Shown here in pieces: positions 59,801-64,000 of a stretch of 64,000 nucleotides of DNA. The position numbers were made by a program, and so were the translations under genes. The stretch comes from a virus, in IMG/VR virus record IMGVR_UViG_3300044675_001548, positions 32,001 to 96,000 of that record; one strand, written 5' to 3'. The notes below the pieces were generated by a model that saw nothing but the letters and a program-made list of their open reading frames with translations, was not told the DNA's origin and did not search any database. Positions within the stretch are counted from its first letter, which is position 1. Each line of letters begins with the position of its first letter.

Positions 59801-62800
59801 AGTTACTCTTTGTTTTATTCTATCATAAAGCTTAGGATCATTTTTAATATAATCCTTTAACTTCACACCAGGTTTATTAACCACAGCTAGAATATCATCT
59901 TGTAAATCTTTATCAAGTATAGAATCAAAGTACACATATGACTCTCCATACATTTTACCATCCTTAAACTCTCTGTTATAACCAGTATAGTTCTTAGCTA
60001 TAGAAGAGTTTTTAAATCTGTTGATTCTTTCAGTCTCTGCAGATATGTAAGGCAGAATAATATTGTCAAATGCAAATGATTCAGCATTACCCTCTGGTAA
60101 AAACTTATCTAAATCAACATAGTATCTTGGGTCTTTTCTATCACCAATCTCAGACATAATTCCACCTTCTATTCTCAAAGCCATAGCTGTAGACTTAGAT
60201 CCAGCTCTTAGGAACTCCTGTAAACCACCTTTAAAGAATGTGTGGAACTCCTGTAAGAATTTACTGTACTGATCTAATGATGTAGTATTAGTACCAATAG
60301 ACTTGGTAATTTTATTTCCTTCATCATCTTCAACAGTGAACTCAGCAATTTGAGTACCCATGTCAAGTATTAAGTCAAGAGATCTGCTTGTTCTTCTTGC
60401 TTTCTCAGGCTTGCTTAAATCAAATAAGGATTTAGTAATTTGTAAGTCTTCAACAAAAGGATTTACTGCAGGATTGAATGAGCTCATATATTTTAACTCA
60501 TCTTTTTTCCAGAAGTCTTCAAGCTTGGTAGCTTGATTAAAACCATTAATGATCATACTAGCACTACTATGCTCTATATGTTTGTTCACTAAGTTTCTTT
60601 CTGGGTTAAGTGCTGTAAAGTTAGAGGCATCAACACCATACTTAACTTGTAATCCAGCTATCTTCTCAACAAAGTTTTTCTGTTTAGAACCTGCCGTATA
60701 TACAAAGCTAGATGGTGGTCCAATAATTTGAGGTGAGATACCTTTTATTAAGGTAGCTAAAGGATCTTTCTTAAACTCAGAGATAACATCAGCAGCTGCT
60801 TTACTTACAGTCTTAGCATTCTCACTATAGCTTATAGCTTTTATTGTATTGAATATATAATTAACACCATATTTTTTTACACCCTGTATACTATTGAGCT
60901 CATCCTTTATAACTTTGAGGTCATCAAGATAGAAGCCCATTGCATTTAGGAACTTAAATGTTTTATCTGGGTCTAAGTTACCATTAGCATCTGAAAAGTT
61001 TCTTATTAATGCTGTTACATTTAACATAGATTGATTATCTATTCTTTCTATGTATGCATCTCTAGTATCAGCTTTAAATCTGTTACCAAATTCTCTAATA
61101 GTATTTGCTACATCTACGGCAGCATTTGTAAGTTCAGTTATGATACTTCCATCATCTTGTTTGAATCCAGTTAACTGTAGCAATGTAGCTGCAGGTTTCT
61201 GGAATGTTTGCCACATAGAAGTGATAATGTCATTCTCTGCAGGAGTAGTAGGTAGTGATGGATCAGGTATCTTGTTTAACAACTGTTCAAACTCAGGATA
61301 TATTTTTGAAGCCTCAACAATTGCAGTATACATTTGCTTTGGATCAGTAATACCATTCAAAGTTCTTACAGTGTTTTTCCAGTTTTGGTTAAAGTTACCT
61401 AAGTCTTTGAAGCCTAGTTTGTTATTAGTAGTTATAAACTTAGTACCTTTCTTAGTTTGTTTAAATAAACTTTTTAAGATATAAACTATCTCTTGGTCAG
61501 CCATCTCTAATAGAGACATTTCACCGGCTTTCTTTTCAAACTTTTCACTAGCTGTTGCATCACCAGTTGCATCTTTCTCAGCATCTATATCAGTAACTTT
61601 TTGTCTGATAAGATCAAATCTACTATTCTCAATATGATACTTTATAACACCAGTAGTTGGATCACCCCAGTTGTTTAGAGCAGTCTGTAGAATTCTTACA
61701 TTGTCTAATTCTTGACTTTGCTCATATGGTACTTCTGGTAATGTATTTACTACATCTTCATTAATATCTATTGAGGTAAATGTTTTGGCTTTCCCTTTAA
61801 TATAATTATCATACTGGTTCTTAGCCTCTTCAATATCTGTAACTATTAATATATCAGCAGGCTGATCATTAATATTATTAACAGCCTTATGTTTGTAAAA
61901 GTCTGAGATTATCTCTATGGTTTCTTTATATAATTCACCCTTCTGTCTAGTTCCCGCTTTTGTATCTAAATCTAAGTTATTATAATCATCAATCTGAGAT
62001 CTTAAGAACACATATTTATGATTACCATCTTTGTCTCTGATAACAGCTGCAGCATTTTTCTCTAATGCATCAGCATCTTGGAAGCTATTAAAAGGTTTCT
62101 CTGGCATGTATGTGATCTTACCAGGACCTTCTCCTTGTATTTGTCTAAGTCTTTCTTGAAATCTTTGTCTTACAAGTTCATATAACTGAACTTTGTTCTC
62201 AGATTTGGTCAAAAGTTTTAGAGTACCGGACTTACCATAGTTATTAGATGGGTCATTGTTTACCTCATCAACTATTTCTGATATAACAGAATCTATAGAC
62301 TCAGAAACTAGTACAGCATCTTGTTTATTTAATGAATCCTCCTTAGGTTGACTAACATTATTGATACCTCTGTTAAGTATATCAAACATTACATTATCTA
62401 CAAGTGGAGTGTATATGTTCAATAAATTTGGGTTCTCACCAGCCATATACAGTCTGTAAAATAATTCATTAACTGTATCACTCTGTTCTGCTAAATTTGG
62501 AGACATGTCTTGTACTCCAGGTATACCAAATAACTTTTTAATAAAGTTCCAGATCTTTCTGAACAATGTATTTCTTACTGGAGAACCTTTCTTAGTCTTT
62601 TGATTTAGTGCATATTTCCTAAAATCCTCAGCTAAGAGTTCTTCCATTTCACGGAATGAATAATTTTGAACAAGGCCTGTTTCAAACACCTCAGCATATA
62701 AAGCTTTCTTCTCATCTCTGGTTAAATATAACTGAGAGAATCCATGCCATGCTTCATGATATACATCAGTGAATGAACCTGACTTGTATATTTCTATCTT

Positions 62801-64000
62801 AGCAGGTTTACCACCATTAGCAAGAGTATTACCGTCAACTATAAATCTGGCATATGCATCAGAGTTAACTATGTTTGCTAAGTGTGATAACTCAATATAT
62901 TTGTTTAGTGGAGATTTGGTCCACCATTCTTTGGCATCATCTATTTGTTTAGCTGTAACACCTTTTGGTAAGGTAATCTTTCTATCAAGACTAAACAGAC
63001 CACTAATACCAGTACCTTTATCTGAAGGTTGAGAAACATTAGGGTTGTTTATTACCTTATTAACTTGTTCCTCAACTGAGGTTTTTGGCTCTACTTTTTC
63101 TTCAACTATATCTCCTGGTTCTGCAGTGTAATCTCTTTCAGGCTCATCTTTTGCATAGTCAGTCTCAGCAGCCTGTCCAAGTAATACACCCTTCTTATCT
63201 CCTGTATAATCAAATACTTGTACTACATCTGGTATAACTTTATTATCTACAGTTATAGTAGCAACTTCAAGAAGAACTTTCTGTCCATGCTTTGGAAATT
63301 TAAAGTTCTCAGATTCCTGTTTTTGCTCCAAGTATATTTTAACTCCTTGGCCTTCTTTGATTGGATTAGCAATCTTAAAGTTAGCATATGGTTTACCATC
63401 AACAGTGGTTCCTGCAGCAGTTGCTCCAATAGTTGTAGTAGTCATACTCTTTGTAGATGAAGCTTTGATAGCATCAGCAAGATCATCTTTGTTAGTTCTT
63501 ACAACAGATTTCTTTTCAGCATCTTCTTTGGCCTTTTCAGCAGCAGCATCTATCTTTTCACTAAGTTCTGTTGGAACTCTGAATCTCATATATGAGTTAT
63601 AGAAAGGCACAGCCTTAGCACCATTTATAAATATCTGAGCAGGAAGAGTAGTTAAGAAATCTAGGTAGTTAGCAGGAACTAATTTACCATCTTGAAAGTC
63701 AAGATATACTTCTTGATCCAATGCTGTATCATCATATCTGATCTTGGCTGGGAATTTTGCACCACTAGCACTAGACTTACCTGACATAAGTATCTTATAA
63801 ATATCTTCTTCAGCTGTAGGTGACTTTAAATCTATAGCTTGTCTTTTATTAGACTGAGCTTTAGCTTTGTCTGCTTTCATTTCTTGTTCAGTATATGTAT
63901 CATATGTAAACAAGAACTGTCCTTTTTTAAATGCAGCATAGTGTCTTTTAGTACCAAAGAATCCTTTGTCTACAAAGAACTGTGAGTAGTAAGTATTCTT
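53900..64000 (-). CDS. giant virion-type multi-domain RNA polymerase (5' end outside the window)
   Basis: SGGDFDVDKL catalytic motif at 57917-57931; RIPVQGLNSM; EADGQGY; HEAWH zincin at 62744-62758; frame is open from 64000, and the track start at 63913 is an internal TTG. Confidence 0.85.
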   Translation of the reverse strand, partial: KNTYYSQFFVDKGFFGTKRHYAAFKKGQFLFTYDTYTEQEMKADKAKAQSNKRQAIDLKSPTAEEDIYKILMSGKSSASGAKFPAKIRYDDTALDQEVYLDFQDGKLVPANYLDFLTTLPAQIFINGAKAVPFYNSYMRFRVPTELSEKIDAAAEKAKEDAEKKSVVRTNKDDLADAIKASSTKSMTTTTIGATAAGTTVDGKPYANFKIANPIKEGQGVKIYLEQKQESENFKFPKHGQKVLLEVATITVDNKVIPDVVQVFDYTGDKKGVLLGQAAETDYAKDEPERDYTAEPGDIVEEKVEPKTSVEEQVNKVINNPNVSQPSDKGTGISGLFSLDRKITLPKGVTAKQIDDAKEWWTKSPLNKYIELSHLANIVNSDAYARFIVDGNTLANGGKPAKIEIYKSGSFTDVYHEAWHGFSQLYLTRDEKKALYAEVFETGLVQNYSFREMEELLAEDFRKYALNQKTKKGSPVRNTLFRKIWNFIKKLFGIPGVQDMSPNLAEQSDTVNELFYRLYMAGENPNLLNIYTPLVDNVMFDILNRGINNVSQPKEDSLNKQDAVLVSESIDSVISEIVDEVNNDPSNNYGKSGTLKLLTKSENKVQLYELVRQRFQERLRQIQGEGPGKITYMPEKPFNSFQDADALEKNAAAVIRDKDGNHKYVFLRSQIDDYNNLDLDTKAGTRQKGELYKETIEIISDFYKHKAVNNINDQPADILIVTDIEEAKNQYDNYIKGKAKTFTSIDINEDVVNTLPEVPYEQSQELDNVRILQTALNNWGDPTTGVIKYHIENSRFDLIRQKVTDIDAEKDATGDATASEKFEKKAGEMSLLEMADQEIVYILKSLFKQTKKGTKFITTNNKLGFKDLGNFNQNWKNTVRTLNGITDPKQMYTAIVEASKIYPEFEQLLNKIPDPSLPTTPAENDIITSMWQTFQKPAATLLQLTGFKQDDGSIITELTNAAVDVANTIREFGNRFKADTRDAYIERIDNQSMLNVTALIRNFSDANGNLDPDKTFKFLNAMGFYLDDLKVIKDELNSIQGVKKYGVNYIFNTIKAISYSENAKTVSKAAADVISEFKKDPLATLIKGISPQIIGPPSSFVYTAGSKQKNFVEKIAGLQVKYGVDASNFTALNPERNLVNKHIEHSSASMIINGFNQATKLEDFWKKDELKYMSSFNPAVNPFVEDLQITKSLFDLSKPEKARRTSRSLDLILDMGTQIAEFTVEDDEGNKITKSIGTNTTSLDQYSKFLQEFHTFFKGGLQEFLRAGSKSTAMALRIEGGIMSEIGDRKDPRYYVDLDKFLPEGNAESFAFDNIILPYISAETERINRFKNSSIAKNYTGYNREFKDGKMYGESYVYFDSILDKDLQDDILAVVNKPGVKLKDYIKNDPKLYDRIKQRVTKYFNDSTEEVYEYLQKAKYIDKTVMDRLNVPNLTNSEKERILAKAYMYNAWIHNFEISQVIFGDIAQFNHKKEEFHKRTSGAISSGPKIRTDKAFRDFINDVNSKETGFTWDRNAYAKTVGSSDYVKFTYNGTVNTAIMQDADRDSIYKPIIEKAIREDYEKRYAGKPNAAEEVEKRVKIEADKYLNMTEADGQGYITIDAYRTLKKGMNKWSDQQEALYKKIVARQEITAADVVNFFPVFKLQNYGNLAGTVLPVTAMHKFALMPLIPSVIKGSDLETLHHEMLRNNIQYATFASGSKVGGVTADGKPDNIFADKEQKIIKDKLTLTPNTVYVEYLKESASVPDYSKGKVVFATQLRKLLLNGLYESGKLINTKNESAANRYKAAVDNYTNLLKLELLDEINFKKEGDSYKGNIENLLRLIQRELRRKDMPEHLVEAIGLNEDGTLKNDLSIHLDAQTIEKTIMSIVEKRFVKQKLYGEALVQVSSTLTRGMWSGGVKFTEGTEAEREKLLGSNTLPFYEPGKDGNTNAMKVSIGIQGEFNNLLNKEWKGEKIGTIQRLNELIKDEEWLNTDDNRKSITLSAVRIPVQGLNSMEFMEVYHFMDPSADNMIFVPSELVAKSGGDFDVDKLTTFFPHIASDGTYVTSKENTKDFINKINAEREKTNKSFAGQIKAQKKAAENEILESIKGVLELPDNYVNLVRPNDTYILQDISEELENIVSDYDRFVGGDKDGKKITPSITLHPLYNVHKHGVNMEGKDVLGIAANENAISPVFDSIGAAMPKDYYLTKFSKKLGRDVELKDKPKVPMRLFLPHNKTDDGRISLSKIYDADGINSVAELFSQAINGTVDVEKNPWIFFIQGNMEVASTLFYLFKAGVPVRDAIFFVSNPLVRQYVDNQKRLKSAYGEFTGDAPKNQNFVKYNSAEMVVNGVISQLLRNVVKEHKGDMFVVTQGPFDFKPKVNRMSVEVFIEEVRNGNLEVSLIKRLEKISGSPQTKILYTKPEITSTTYAKSVSNYVNKPNVLKNGVFSSADMEKLVKEPGQENSNLAISMFLHYLEIEKQLKGISTAKSNAKPDTQTFKSPQEILYRDVNIDLLANNSKVDPTLMTSLQTDSVLSSLFDKEIIMSMLNPLFKLRDNTLLNDFILSKIRLNADLIKANFGQGKDGASRFIDEYKNAMINFIYQNYMSNIIDSNGKISNRPDDYRGHKVTSNNSQEKDVIINKDAEGTITGISVNYNLIESDYNNNLYLGKNNAVDNSYFKRGLKTFKEDDALFPDKTSFIKYVIEREYLRDIYKDTIPAASLEMYLADKALMNTFNRTAIMKDNEHSYTDKIMNIIKNFPQLKAQFPILEQISRVPSKTGDNMLTLNDRKIISGSEAQIYVQNIKQLADPNIKKVEDPISNKVISDVFGLFPQMMVYQHGVGKSKYGFNSALPVDKYNTIMKYASKVFSDNYMNNNAFQIIFDRLTQVKTPFKSYMLDAEKLSEAGNRRLSPEALKLANEVAPGFIQSSYDEDQIIEFFDELSKINEPIESTKETADGAREFLKDFLKKYPQYNEKTKIKERKTANFAIAQILIYNELVKEQSETDEEGPTPGTQLNLFGEEPTQPTVQPVGEVKEGVPELFDSNPELANAVYEAAGFIRLDNVVDEVFGSKDESTIENYSNNGFWWVKKTLPLSEIKLGNFGQRSEEENNKYTESLKKEGQKVPGIVDSNGILNDGYHRYFSLKNAGINIMTVYAPITPQQKQQAQQLYSQYVEQTGKQDIEGFKQFVSTQPTAPVSTGFQGYKGGFENVGKGTPQGDGKDKAMRQIADGFIGEVLDRNKQTSSNFSAKSIYEKDKTNNTLDYFDNAPTVVAYRETGVDGNKVVMLARNGELKNKPLSSETKNQIEIAFNNGGEFVVGDMPGVDSQFIDYLQEIGAKFTIYHTGSIPRIELDNTGNLTNFTERKDTEEDDSDDLDNNCTNPFLGE

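Noticed and set aside
48861-63602. Plus-strand ORFs inside the two giant genes
   Set aside because: Antisense shadows rich in F/I/S, caused by codon bias of the real minus-strand genes.
63911-63913. ORF-track start of the RNAP gene
   Set aside because: It is an internal TTG; the frame stays open to position 64000, so the true start is outside the window.
1-64000. Stop-codon reassignment, as seen in some crAss-like phages
   Set aside because: Genes are long and intact under the standard code, and TAG and TGA both end well-packed ORFs.

Overview
This window is a 64 kb segment of an AT-rich tailed-phage genome, most likely a crAss-like (Crassvirales-related) phage of a Bacteroidota host. The support is a giant virion-type RNA polymerase with a DFDVD catalytic motif, a family B DNA polymerase, A/T-rich Shine-Dalgarno-less start sites and TAnnTTTG host-type promoters. 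The genetic code is standard. Layout: (i) 114-11104, minus strand: lysis cassette (amidase plus holin candidates), tail and collagen-like fibre genes, a GroES-like gene. (ii) ~11400-14240, plus strand: 11 tandem 'terminator hairpin - AACAWCTT..TACT motif - small ORF or ORF-less RNA' cassettes. (iii) ~14960-15720: a dense non-coding cluster of repeated, covarying RNA stems directly upstream of a DUF2828 (TROVE/Ro60-like plus vWA) gene. (iv) 17200-47900, plus strand: early/middle and replication genes (HNH, GIY-YIG, ParB-like, SF2 helicase, ClpS, Ung, DnaB-like, AAA, primase, vWA/MoxR pair, PD-(D/E)xK nuclease, PolB, DUF932-like, MazG-like). (v) 47912-64000, minus strand: a tiny basic protein, a 1943-aa zincin/LysM virion protein, and the RNAP, whose ORF runs off the window edge. 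The best candidate for an undescribed system is the Ro60-like protein with its adjacent structured-RNA array, possibly linked to the promoter-cassette array, one unit of which carries a copy of the same RNA motif. All family assignments come from motif recognition by eye; no searches were run.
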